From Myxococcota bacterium (GTDB lineage: Bacteria > Myxococcota_A > UBA796 > SXON01), in NCBI GenBank assembly GCA_040386535.1, contig JAZKFH010000061.1, forward strand, positions 1-29,019: a stretch of 29,019 nucleotides of DNA, written 5' to 3'. Below, piece after piece: positions 1-8,747 of the stretch. A program made the position numbers and the translations under genes. Each line of letters begins with the position of its first letter. Positions within the stretch are counted from its first letter, which is position 1. The notes below the pieces were generated by a model that worked only from the letters and a program-made list of their open reading frames with translations, searched no databases and was not told where the DNA came from.

Positions 1-66
1 ACGCGCCGAACTCGCCGGCTGCGACGCCATCCCACGAGTTCGGCGCGCGGGACGCGCCGAACTCGC
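1..66. repeat. Hairpin repeat (REP-like), period 51 bp, possibly truncated by the window edge
   Basis: ACGCGCCGAACTCGC at 1-15 and 52-66, with an inverted copy CGAGTTCGGCGCG at about 35-47 giving a 13-bp stem. Confidence 0.7.
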
Positions 67-383
67 AGGAGGAGGTCCGCCCCGTCCCCCTCCAGCCCGC
101 CGCGGGCGGCCCGGCCTCCGCCCGGGAGGGCGCTCGCGTCGCCTCCGCTCGCAGAGGAGGTTGCCGCTCGCCGCCGCACGGCCGACGTTCATGAGCGGAG
201 GCTGACACATCGCCCCCACGGCCGCCCCTGATGTCCATGTCGCTACGGATGGCGAGCACCTGGACGTTGCGCGCCAGGATCCCGTCCACCACCACCCCCG
301 CTCGCCCCGCCTCCACCGCCGCCGCAGTGGCGGCGTCCTCGCCGTCCATCTGCCCAGACTCCGGTTCAGCTCCGTGCGATGTG

Positions 384-929
384 TCACGCAAGCGAGATCT
401 CCTCGATCGCCCGCACCCGCGCCCCGAGCTCCTTCATCCGCTCGCGCACCGGCAATGTGTCGCCCGCGAGCGCGACGAGGCCGACCTGGACGCGCAGCTG
501 CACCACGCCGCGCAGGACGGACTCGATCTCGTCGGCGGCGAGGCCCCGCGCGCGGTCGAGCTGGGTCGCGAGGGGGTCAGCGCGCAGGGCCTCCTCGGCG
601 AGCAGGCGGTCGACCATGCCGATGCGGCCGTCGGCGCGGCGCAGGGCCTGCTCCAGCGACACGAGCTCCTCGGGGGTCACGATGCCGGTCACCGACGGAT
701 CGGAGAGCGCGCCGCGGAGGGCCGTGAAACATGTATCGATACGTGTCGCGAACGGGCCCGTGTATCGGGGGGATGTGTCACCGAGGAGCGGGAGCAGCAC
801 GGGCCACGCGAGGAGGGCGGAGAGCGCGGTGCTGGCGGACTGCCCGCGGTGGGCGAGCACCAGCGCGGTGCCGCCGCCGAGGAGGAGCCAGGCGCCGAGC
901 AGCAGGAGGGTGGCCGTGGTGGCGTTCAT
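384..929 (-). CDS. Hypothetical membrane-anchored protein with helical/coiled-coil C-terminus (181 aa)
   Basis: C-terminal part of ORF 384..1409. MNATTATLLLLGAWLLL start at 929 overlaps the upstream stop (ATGA). Two hydrophobic segments, then amphipathic helices (VRERMKELGARVRAIEEI). Confidence 0.75.
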   Translation of the reverse strand: MNATTATLLLLGAWLLLGGGTALVLAHRGQSASTALSALLAWPVLLPLLGDTSPRYTGPFATRIDTCFTALRGALSDPSVTGIVTPEELVSLEQALRRADGRIGMVDRLLAEEALRADPLATQLDRARGLAADEIESVLRGVVQLRVQVGLVALAGDTLPVRERMKELGARVRAIEEISLA

Positions 930-1666
930 CGCGCGTCCGTGGAGCCGCTCTCCGGAGCGCCCCGGGAGAGCAGCCCGTCGCGACCGGCATCCCACTCGCC
1001 GTAGAAGCCGAGCGACGACGCGGTGGTGGCGGCGAGGCCGGTGAGGATGTCGCCCTCGACGGGGCGGAACAGGGCGACGGCGGTGGTGGGGCGCGCCACG
1101 AAGGGGCGCAGGAGCCAGCCGGTCTGCGCGAGGATGAGGCCCACCAGGGCGAGCGAGCCGGTCGCGGCGATCCAGCGGCGGTGCCCGCCCGCGGGGATTG
1201 CGCTTGCGAGCGCGGTGAGCCCGGGCAGGCCGGCGAGGGCGAGCATGGCCGCGAAGAGCAGGACGGAGAAGTGGTAGTCGGCCTCGACCGAGTAGGGCAG
1301 CCACAGGATGGGCGCGAGCGCGGAGGCGAGCACGCCGGCGCGGGCCATGCCGGCGAGGCTGGCGATGGCGAGGCGGCGGTAGGACACGTCTACGTCGCAA
1401 GCGCGCCATGCCGCGTGGATGGCGGGGAGGGCGAGCAGCGGCGGCGCCCAGAGCAGCACCGGGAGCTTGAGCGCGGCGTAGAGGACCTGCTCGCCGCCGC
1501 GGTAGGAGCCGACGACGGCGCCGAACAGCGCGGCGCCCACGCCGCTGATGGCGAGCAGGCGCGGGGCGAGCCAGCCGAGGTCGGCCGCGCTGTCGTGCGC
1601 GTTGACGACGGCGTGGGGATCGCGGAGGACCTGGGAGGTCAGGGTGAGGATCGAGGGGCGGTGCAT
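926..1666 (-). CDS. Conserved multi-pass membrane protein (246 aa), possibly Yip1-like fold
   Basis: C-terminal part of ORF 926..4489 from MHRPS. About 5 TM helices; motifs LFGAVVGSY, AALKLPVLL, QTGWLLRPF; GGAG upstream of the ATG. Confidence 0.75.
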   Translation of the reverse strand: MHRPSILTLTSQVLRDPHAVVNAHDSAADLGWLAPRLLAISGVGAALFGAVVGSYRGGEQVLYAALKLPVLLWAPPLLALPAIHAAWRACDVDVSYRRLAIASLAGMARAGVLASALAPILWLPYSVEADYHFSVLLFAAMLALAGLPGLTALASAIPAGGHRRWIAATGSLALVGLILAQTGWLLRPFVARPTTAVALFRPVEGDILTGLAATTASSLGFYGEWDAGRDGLLSRGAPESGSTDAR

Positions 1667-1696
1667 GGGGGCTCCGGAGCGGGAGGGGAGGTGCAA

Positions 1697-1778
1697 GTGA
1701 TAAGTCGTAAGGTCAGACCCCACCCGGGAGTTGTCGGCGTTCGCCTGTTCCAGGTGATAAGTCGTAAGGTCAGACCCC
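1697..1778. repeat. Perfect 25-bp direct repeat pair containing GGTCAGACCCC
   Basis: GTGATAAGTCGTAAGGTCAGACCCC at 1697-1721 and 1754-1778, separated by 32 bp. Confidence 0.9.
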
Positions 1779-2345
1779 CATGAGGACGCCGATCCCGAGG
1801 CGGACGCCGACCAGCGCCGCGAGGCCCGACCACGCGCAGGCGAGCAGGCGCATCTTCCAGACGCTCCATGCGTCCGGGCTCGCGGCGGCCTCCGCGGCGA
1901 CGAGGTTGCGGACGGCCAGGGAGAAGCCGAGGCCCGCGGCGCCGAGCAGCATGAGCGCGAGCAGGAGCTGGGCCAGGCCGCTGGTGGCCCGGAACAACAG
2001 GAGCGTGGGGACGAGGCCGAGCGCGAGGTCACCCGTGCGGGTGAACGGGCGGGCGATCGCCGCCACGAGCGCCTGAGGCGCGGCCCGCAACGTGAGGAAC
2101 GGGTGCGCGACGAGCAGCGCCGGCACCGTGAGCGCCAGGGCGCCCACCGCGGACACGATGCCGACGGGCGCCTGGGACGTGGCGCCGGCGTCCGTACCGA
2201 GCGCGGCGACGGCGCCGAGCAGCGTGAAGCCGAGGAGCGCCCGCGCGAGCGCCGCGGGGGATGGGAGCGGCAGCTCACCGGGGTGAGAGGGCGTCGCGAC
2301 CTCGTCGGACGTGGGAGAGGAGAGGACGGGGAGGGCGGCCAACAT
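1770..2345 (-). CDS. Hypothetical multi-pass membrane protein (191 aa)
   Basis: About 5 hydrophobic helices, GGAG RBS before the ATG, GC3-biased codons; first gene of a three-gene run. Confidence 0.8.
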   Translation of the reverse strand: MLAALPVLSSPTSDEVATPSHPGELPLPSPAALARALLGFTLLGAVAALGTDAGATSQAPVGIVSAVGALALTVPALLVAHPFLTLRAAPQALVAAIARPFTRTGDLALGLVPTLLLFRATSGLAQLLLALMLLGAAGLGFSLAVRNLVAAEAAASPDAWSVWKMRLLACAWSGLAALVGVRLGIGVLMGV

Positions 2346-2518
2346 CGAATGCTCCAGGAGACACCCTGAACGTAGGCCTCCGCCATGCCGAACCCGGCGC
2401 CCTGCCGTGGCGGGAGCGCGTCCCCTTTGTGCAAGAACCGTGCATGCGTGGTCCCGGGCACGGCCCCGCCCCGTCTCAGGGCTCGACAGTCCGGGCGCCC
2501 CGTTCTACTTAGGCGGGC

Positions 2519-4432
2519 ATGAAGCTCAACGGCCGGATCCTGTTCCTCACCGACGACGCCGGGTTGCTCGGGCGTCAGCTCGCGGGGGATGAGCTCGAGC
2601 TCTCCGCCGCGCCCCTCCACTATGGGGTGAACACCGACCTGATGATCAGCGGCGCCGCGTGCACCCTCGGGTACACCGGTCCCGTCCTCGGCCCCTGGTT
2701 CCTCGAGAACTTCAAGGAGCTCGTCCAGAAGGACAGCGTGCTCGACGGCGGCTTCCAGGTGATCGTCGGGGGTGACGCCTACGGCAGCGGGTCCAGCCGC
2801 GAGGTGGCCGTGGTGGCCCACCAGGGCGCCGGCATCCAGCTCGTGGTGGCCCGCTCGTTCCAACGGATCTTCCAGGAGAACATGGTGTACGGCGGCATGC
2901 CGTTCACCACCGACTTCGACGTGTTGACGCGCCTGCGCAACGGCGAGGATGTCGACGTGCGCGGCTTCTTCGCCGCCCTGCCCGACTTCTTCCGTGCCGT
3001 GGCCGAGGCCGGCGGCCTGCTCGACTACGCCAAGGGCCTGCTCGGCGGCACGATCGCGCCCACGTACGACACGGCGCCGAAGGCGCGCCCCCTCAACGCG
3101 GTCGAGAAGATCATCGCGCAGAAGACGTGGACGGGTCCTGACACCACCGGCGTGGCCGACGTGCGCCCGGGCGACCAGGTGTTGTGCCGCGCGGGCTTCC
3201 GCGGCGTGCACGAGTACACCGCGGGCATGGTGGTCGCGCTCTACCGCGAGGCCTTCGGGGACACGCCCATGGCCGACCCCGACCTCATCGCCGCGTTCGA
3301 GGACCACTTCGTGCTCATCGACGAGCCGACGGTGCCCGCCAACGTGAAGAAGGCGCGCCTCGCCCCCGCCCGGCAGCTCACCAAGGAGATGGTCGAGGCC
3401 TGCGAGCTCTACGGCATCCGCCTGCACGGGCCCGGTCGCCCGTTCCACGGCGGCGTGTGCCACCGCATCGTGGTCGAGGACTACGCGCTCCCCGGCACGA
3501 TCGTCGTGTTGACGGACTCGCACACGCCCACCGCGGGCGTGCTCAACGCCTTCGCGTTCGGCGTCGGCTCGACCGCCATGGCCTTCGCGTTCCGCACCGG
3601 CCTCATCCCGGTCACCGTGCCGAAGGTCGTGCGCGTCCTCGTCACCGGCGCGGCCACCGGCGGCCTGTCCCCCAAGGACCTGATCCTCCACATCATCGGT
3701 GATCCGTACTTCCGCGAGGAGCACTGGCGCAGCTCCCCGACCGACACGTGCGTCGTGCAGTTCGGCGGGCCCGGCCTCGACCAGTGGAACGTCGACGAGC
3801 TCTCCGTCCTCACCAACATGACGGTCGAGGGCGGCCTGATGACCGGCGTGGTCGAGCCCTGCGCGCCGATCGTGAAGTTCCTGAAGGAGCGCCGCGGCAT
3901 CGACGTGACCGACCAGCTGGTGCACCCCGACGAGGGCGCCACCTACGAGCGCACCCTCACGGTCGACCTCGCGGACGTGCCGCTCACCGTCGCCACCCCG
4001 GGCGACAGCCGCAACCGCCTCCCGCTCGCCGAGATCGCGGGCACGGCCATCCACAACGTCGTCATCGCGAGCTGCACGGGCGGATCCCTGTCCGACCTGC
4101 GCGCCGCCGCCGACGTGCTCCGCGGCCGCACCATCGCGCCGGGCGTGCGCGTGACCGTGACGCCGTCGAGCCACGACGTGGCCGAAGCCGCCGAGGCCGA
4201 GGGGCTCCTGACGTTGTTCCGCGACCTCGGGGCCGTCGTGTCGCCGGCCGGTTGTGGCTCGTGCATCGGCAACGGGCCGGGCATCCCCCTCCCCGGCGAG
4301 ACCACCGCGAGCACCACCAACCGCAACTTCGACCGCCGCATGGGCGCGCCCGGGCCGGTCTACCTCGTGAGCCCCGCGGTCGCCGCGGCCTCGGCGGTGA
4401 GCGGGAAGCTGGTGGATCCGCGGTCGTTGTAG
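2519..4432 (+). CDS. Aconitase/isopropylmalate-dehydratase family [4Fe-4S] hydro-lyase; LeuD-like swivel domain fused N-terminal to a LeuC-like domain
   Basis: N-terminal NTDLMI, GSGSSRE, ARSFQRIFQEN (swivel). Then DH, GVCH, DSHT, SCTGG, GCGSCIG (three Cys ligands), STTNRNF..RMG, LVSPAVAAASA. Confidence 0.9.
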   Translation: MKLNGRILFLTDDAGLLGRQLAGDELELSAAPLHYGVNTDLMISGAACTLGYTGPVLGPWFLENFKELVQKDSVLDGGFQVIVGGDAYGSGSSREVAVVAHQGAGIQLVVARSFQRIFQENMVYGGMPFTTDFDVLTRLRNGEDVDVRGFFAALPDFFRAVAEAGGLLDYAKGLLGGTIAPTYDTAPKARPLNAVEKIIAQKTWTGPDTTGVADVRPGDQVLCRAGFRGVHEYTAGMVVALYREAFGDTPMADPDLIAAFEDHFVLIDEPTVPANVKKARLAPARQLTKEMVEACELYGIRLHGPGRPFHGGVCHRIVVEDYALPGTIVVLTDSHTPTAGVLNAFAFGVGSTAMAFAFRTGLIPVTVPKVVRVLVTGAATGGLSPKDLILHIIGDPYFREEHWRSSPTDTCVVQFGGPGLDQWNVDELSVLTNMTVEGGLMTGVVEPCAPIVKFLKERRGIDVTDQLVHPDEGATYERTLTVDLADVPLTVATPGDSRNRLPLAEIAGTAIHNVVIASCTGGSLSDLRAAADVLRGRTIAPGVRVTVTPSSHDVAEAAEAEGLLTLFRDLGAVVSPAGCGSCIGNGPGIPLPGETTASTTNRNFDRRMGAPGPVYLVSPAVAAASAVSGKLVDPRSL

Positions 4433-4448
4433 GGTTCGGAGAGTCTTG

Positions 4449-4480
4449 GGGCAGGGGGCTCCGCCCCCCGCAACGCCCCC
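4449..4480. terminator. GC hairpin between convergent genes (possible terminator or REP)
   Basis: GGGGG-CTCCG-CCCCC stem-loop between the stops at 4432 and 4503; no U-tract. Confidence 0.3.
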
Positions 4481-4502
4481 CGAATCCACGCAGCGTCGGA
4501 CG

Positions 4503-5411
4503 CTACGGTGTGATCGTCACCCGGCCCCAGGCCGCCGGTTGCTTGCACTTGCCCGGCTTGCCGTCGCCATCGGTGACATACACGAGCGTGCCCGGCGTGG
4601 CGGGATCCACCGCGATGCCCTCGGTGCTGGTCGGCAGCGTGGCGACGTGCGTGAGCGTGCGGTCCGCCGCGAGCTCGTAGAGCTGGTGCGCCGCGTTCGC
4701 GTCGGCCGTGGGGCCTGCGATGACGAGCAGGCCGTCTCCGTAGGGGATCATCTCGCGCACGCCCAGCCCGCCCATGTCGAGCTCGACGGTCTCGACCACG
4801 GCGCCGCCGGCGTCGACGGCGAGGAGGAGCGCCTTGCCCGAGGCGGAGAGCGGCGCGCGGAGGCCGAGCCACAGGCGATCGCCCCAGGTGGCGGCGCCCT
4901 CGATGTTGAGGCCCGACTGCTCGGGCCCAAGACCGCGGGAGGCCACGCAGGCGGGGCACCCGTCGAGCGCCAGGGGGACCAGCACGCCATCCGGCGAGAG
5001 GAAACGCTCCCGCGCGGGGCGCACCTTGCCGTCCTTGTTCGTACTGTGCGACCCGACGACCACGTAGCCGGGCCCGCTCAAGGCGATGGACTCGATGTCG
5101 TCCACCTCGGAGGCCAACGGGACCGTGCCCAGCGGGGCAAAGTCGAGGGAGAAAGCGTAGAGCTTCTTGCTGTCCTCGTTGTCGCCGACCAGCCAGCCGC
5201 CGTTCCACGGGATGATCGTGCTCGCCTCGCACGGGCCGGCGAGCAGGCCACCGTAGCTCAAACCGCGCGTCGCGCTGGCAGGGGGAGCTGGCGCGGCGGC
5301 GGGTGCGGGGGTGGCCGCTGCGGGAGGCGCCGCCGGGGGCGCCTGCTGAGGGGCTCCGGGCTCGACGCTCGGGGCCGCGCAGGCGAGGAACGCTAGAAGC
5401 GACCCGACCAT
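4503..5411 (-). CDS. Secreted protein/lipoprotein, DUF3616-like beta-propeller
   Basis: Short signal ending FLAC, Pro/Ala linker, motifs GDNE, DIESIA, GSHSTNKDGK, GLNIEG, GLRAPL, LDMGGLGVREM, IAGP, TEGIA. Confidence 0.7.
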   Translation of the reverse strand: MVGSLLAFLACAAPSVEPGAPQQAPPAAPPAAATPAPAAAPAPPASATRGLSYGGLLAGPCEASTIIPWNGGWLVGDNEDSKKLYAFSLDFAPLGTVPLASEVDDIESIALSGPGYVVVGSHSTNKDGKVRPARERFLSPDGVLVPLALDGCPACVASRGLGPEQSGLNIEGAATWGDRLWLGLRAPLSASGKALLLAVDAGGAVVETVELDMGGLGVREMIPYGDGLLVIAGPTADANAAHQLYELAADRTLTHVATLPTSTEGIAVDPATPGTLVYVTDGDGKPGKCKQPAAWGRVTITP

Positions 5412-6427
5412 GTGAACACCCCTCCACCAGGGATAGGCGCGATCATGGGGCCGTCCACGTCGAGGATGACGAGGACCACGCCGCCGGCGAGCAGCACGCC
5501 GCTGCCGATGCTGGCCCCGTAGAAGCGCATGTACCGGGGGAGCAACACCTCGTCGTAGTAGGTGTCCGCCGCTTCGCGCACGTCGGGGTTCTCACGTGCC
5601 GCCTCGGTCTTCTTGTCGTAGGCGGAGGAGGCCAGGCTGGCCTGATCGTACAGCAGCACGGAGGCGACGCCGCCGCCCACGCCGAGGCCGATGAGCGAGA
5701 TGCCGGCCACCTTCGTGGCGGTCCCGCCGCCGCCCTTCTTCGGCTCCTTCTCGTCGAGGTCGGCCGACGAGGACGACTTTGAGGAGGAGGACGACTTCGA
5801 GCTGGAGCTCGACTTGGACGACTTCGACGACGAGGAGCTGCTGGACGAGGACTTGTAGGCCCCGCCCTCGCACAACACGAGGTAATCCTTCGGCGCGGTG
5901 CCGTAGGTGTACCAGGACCCCTCGATCTCGCCGTCTTCACAGCGGATCTGGATGAGGTGGTTGCCGTTCACGACCGTGTCGGTCGGCTCGAGCGTGCGCC
6001 CGTCGATGTAGATGACGGCCTCGCCCGGATCCTCGGGGAGGGCGACCTCGACCTCGCCCAGGGCCTTGACCTCGTCCGCCAGGGCCAGGAACACGTCGCG
6101 CTCGGCGGCGTCTCCGAGCAGATCCGCCTCCGGCTGGAAGCCGGGGGAGACGGTCAGGGTCTGCCGCCACGCTTCGAGCGCGGCGGACTCGGGGCTGGCG
6201 CGCCAGAAGAGCACCCCCCGGTAGAAGTACATCCGCGCGATCTCCTTCTGCGGGATCAGCGCGGAGGACTCGGGCGCCACCTGCTCAGCGGTCGTGAGCA
6301 GATCACGCGCGGTGCGGTAGTCATCCGCCAGCAAGGCCGCTTTGGCTTGGGTGAGGAGGGAGGTGTAGTCGCCGTCCTCCGCCGAGGCGGAGGTGACGAA
6401 CGTGAACAAGGCGAGCAAGGTCATCAT
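5393..6427 (-). CDS. Secreted protein with TPR-like N-terminus, PEGA-like segment, Ser-rich linker and myxobacterial-type C-terminal module ending WSGRF
   Basis: Signal peptide (..SASA/ED), helical TPR-like region, A.IYIDG motif, poly-Ser linker, two hydrophobic helices. Start overlaps the upstream stop at 6427. Confidence 0.75.
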   Translation of the reverse strand: MMTLLALFTFVTSASAEDGDYTSLLTQAKAALLADDYRTARDLLTTAEQVAPESSALIPQKEIARMYFYRGVLFWRASPESAALEAWRQTLTVSPGFQPEADLLGDAAERDVFLALADEVKALGEVEVALPEDPGEAVIYIDGRTLEPTDTVVNGNHLIQIRCEDGEIEGSWYTYGTAPKDYLVLCEGGAYKSSSSSSSSSKSSKSSSSSKSSSSSKSSSSADLDEKEPKKGGGGTATKVAGISLIGLGVGGGVASVLLYDQASLASSAYDKKTEAARENPDVREAADTYYDEVLLPRYMRFYGASIGSGVLLAGGVVLVILDVDGPMIAPIPGGGVFTWSGRF

Positions 6428-7824
6428 CAGAACCGTCCGCTCCAGAGGACCATCCCGCCGCCCGGGGCGGGCGCGAGGATGGGGAGACGCTCGTCGATCA
6501 CGAGCACTACGATGCCACCGGCCAGGAACACCCCGGCTCCGATCGTGCTTCCGTACAAGAGGTTGCGACGAGGCACGACGGAGTCGTCATAGTACTCGTC
6601 GGCCAGCCGCTCCCGCTGCTTGTCGATGCCCGCGCCCTTGACCTTGGTCACGTACGCGTCGTAAGCGCGCGCGGCGCTGTCGTAGGCGATCACGCCGTAG
6701 ACGCCGGCACCTGCGCCCGCGGCGAGCAGGCTGATCCCGGCCACGGTTTTTCCGATCGGGGGGCCGCTCCGGGCGGTCTTGCTGTCTTCCTTGCGGTCCG
6801 AGTCCGCCTGCTTGCGGGCGTCTGCCTTTCGCTGGGCCGCCGCCTCGCGCTCGGCGTCGGCCTTCCGCTCCGCTTCACGCGCCGCTTCTGCCTCCCGCTC
6901 CGCTACACGGTCCGCGTCGGCCTCGCGCTTCGTATCCGCGGCACGCTCCGCGTCGGCCTCGCGCTTCGCGGTTGCCTCGCGGTCCGCGTCGGCCTCGCGC
7001 TTTCGATCGGCCTCGCGCGCTGCGTCCGCGTCACGCGCCGCTTCCGCCTCGCGCTTGGCGTGGGACTCCGGCGCGGGCGCGATCTCCGGCGTGGCGACCG
7101 CAGCCGTCTCGGACTCCGCCGGCGTTCCGCCCAGGCGCGTGACCGTGCTCTGCAAGCGGCCGGACGCGCGGGCGAGCTCGAAGTGGAAGGCCTGGCTGCC
7201 CGCGTCCTCTACGACCACCTGCTTCTTGGCGGACTGGTATCCGTCGAGCTCGGCGGAGATGACGTGGACGCCCTGGTACACCGAGGGAAGCGTGACGGCG
7301 TCGGTGCCGACGGGCTTGCCGTCGACGTACAGCGTGGCCGTGCGGGGCTTGACCGAGAGCTCGAGCGTGCCGATGCCGAGCTTCTGGAGGCTGAGCGGGA
7401 CCGTCAGGTCCTGGCCCATGTCCAGGTCGATCGTGACCACGGCGGTGATGTACCCCTCGAGGGTGGCCCGCACCGTGTGGTCACCGCAGGACAGCGCGAG
7501 CGGCGTGCCGGGCGCGCCGATGAACGGCTTGTTGTCGAGCTCGAGCCGAGCGTTGGCGGGCACGGGCACCAGCGTGAGCGTGCCGAACAGCTCGTCCGCG
7601 ACGATGTTCGCGCGGGTCACGGTGCCGGGGAGCACGGTGACCACGGCCTCCCCGCGTGAACAGCCGCCCTCGACGGTGATCGACGTGGGCCCGGGCTTCA
7701 CGCCGGACACCGTGGCGGGGGTGGTGTGGCCGCTGTCGAGCCCGTTGATCAAGATCGTGGCGCCGCGCTCGTTGGAGGAGACGAACACGTCCTCCGCGTG
7801 GGCCTGGGCGAGGAGGAGGAGCAT
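6427..7824 (-). CDS. PEGA domain protein with charged coiled-coil linker and C-terminal module ending WSGRF
   Basis: Likely start MLLLLAQAHA at 7824. Three PEGA-like repeats (GATILING, ARLELDN, ATLYVDG; G.H.V.A.L.GY) and READA-type repeats. Confidence 0.8.
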   Translation of the reverse strand: MLLLLAQAHAEDVFVSSNERGATILINGLDSGHTTPATVSGVKPGPTSITVEGGCSRGEAVVTVLPGTVTRANIVADELFGTLTLVPVPANARLELDNKPFIGAPGTPLALSCGDHTVRATLEGYITAVVTIDLDMGQDLTVPLSLQKLGIGTLELSVKPRTATLYVDGKPVGTDAVTLPSVYQGVHVISAELDGYQSAKKQVVVEDAGSQAFHFELARASGRLQSTVTRLGGTPAESETAAVATPEIAPAPESHAKREAEAARDADAAREADRKREADADREATAKREADAERAADTKREADADRVAEREAEAAREAERKADAEREAAAQRKADARKQADSDRKEDSKTARSGPPIGKTVAGISLLAAGAGAGVYGVIAYDSAARAYDAYVTKVKGAGIDKQRERLADEYYDDSVVPRRNLLYGSTIGAGVFLAGGIVVLVIDERLPILAPAPGGGMVLWSGRF

Positions 7825-7976
7825 CAGCGGCGCCCCGGCGCGTCGGGGCAATAAACGTGCTCGATGCCGCCATCGCGGCGGGTCATTCGCACGTCGTGAA
7901 AGGGGGGCCGGGACATGATGCCGCCCTTTACATGAATTTGGAGATCTTTACCAGTGTCCGCGGGAACGCACGCGAA

Positions 7977-8747
7977 TCAGCCGCCCCGGGTCCCGCTGAA
8001 CTCGGTGCGGCCGGAGAAGGTAGACTCGTCGTCCGGGTCGGCCTCGAGCGCGAGCACGTCGACCACCAGGGCGGTGGCGTCGTCGCGCCCGCCACGCTGG
8101 TCCACCTCGCCGATGATGGCGCCGGCGGCGCGTTGGGGAGAGCCGCCGAACGCCCACCAGGTGTCGAGCAGCTCGTCGACCGCGACCACCTCGGTGACCC
8201 CGTCCGTCACGAGCAGGAACAGGTCGCCCACGAACAGCGGCTCCTGCCAGACCTGGAGCACATCCGCGATGTTCGGCCCCATGCCGACGTAGGCGCCGAG
8301 CGCGCGGCCGCCGCGGTGGGTCTTGGTGATGCGCTCCGCCGCGCCGTGGCGCACCCGGTACACCTGCGAGTCGCCCACGTGCAGCACGGTGGCGGTGCCC
8401 CAGGCGAGCCACAACATCGACAGCGTGCATGCGGACTGGCCGCGGCCGTGCGCGCGGAGCTCCCAGTCGGTCTCGCTGACGAGCTGCACGAGCGACTCCA
8501 CGCGGGGCGCCTGGAACCGGTCGAAGAAGCCGTCGATCCGCGCGCAGGTGACGTCGGCGGCGTAGCGGCCGCGCGGCACCGTGCTCACGCCGTCACACAC
8601 GGCGTACAGGCTGCCGCGGCGCAGGGCCGCGACACCGAGGTGGGAGGCGTCGAGGATGCGGTACCGGTCCTCGTTCTCGGCGTGGTTGCGCCCCATCCGG
8701 GTGGAGGCCGCCCCCACGCTCAAGGGCAGCGTGGGTACGTGGCTCAC
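7977..8747 (-). CDS. PP2C/PPM-family Ser/Thr protein phosphatase
   Basis: NEDR, VCDGV, HVGDS, LLVTDGV and GGRDDAT metal-binding motifs. GTG start overlaps the upstream TGA. Confidence 0.9.
   Translation of the reverse strand: MSHVPTLPLSVGAASTRMGRNHAENEDRYRILDASHLGVAALRRGSLYAVCDGVSTVPRGRYAADVTCARIDGFFDRFQAPRVESLVQLVSETDWELRAHGRGQSACTLSMLWLAWGTATVLHVGDSQVYRVRHGAAERITKTHRGGRALGAYVGMGPNIADVLQVWQEPLFVGDLFLLVTDGVTEVVAVDELLDTWWAFGGSPQRAAGAIIGEVDQRGGRDDATALVVDVLALEADPDDESTFSGRTEFSGTRGG

Noticed and set aside
1..349. Minus-strand ORF starting MDGEDAATAAAVEAG and running off the window
   Set aside because: Only the first ~40 codons look protein-like; the rest runs through palindromic repeats, with no recognisable family
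1697..1778. CRISPR array
   Set aside because: Only two repeats, no cas genes or leader, and one repeat overlaps a coding end; reported as a repeat instead
2430..2445. Sigma-54 promoter for the left membrane operon (minus strand ATGCACGGTTCTTGCA)
   Set aside because: Good -12 element and spacing, but the near-invariant -24 GG is TG
926..4489. 1187-aa minus-strand ORF as a single protein
   Set aside because: Mostly the antisense shadow of the aconitase-family gene; only 926..1666 looks real
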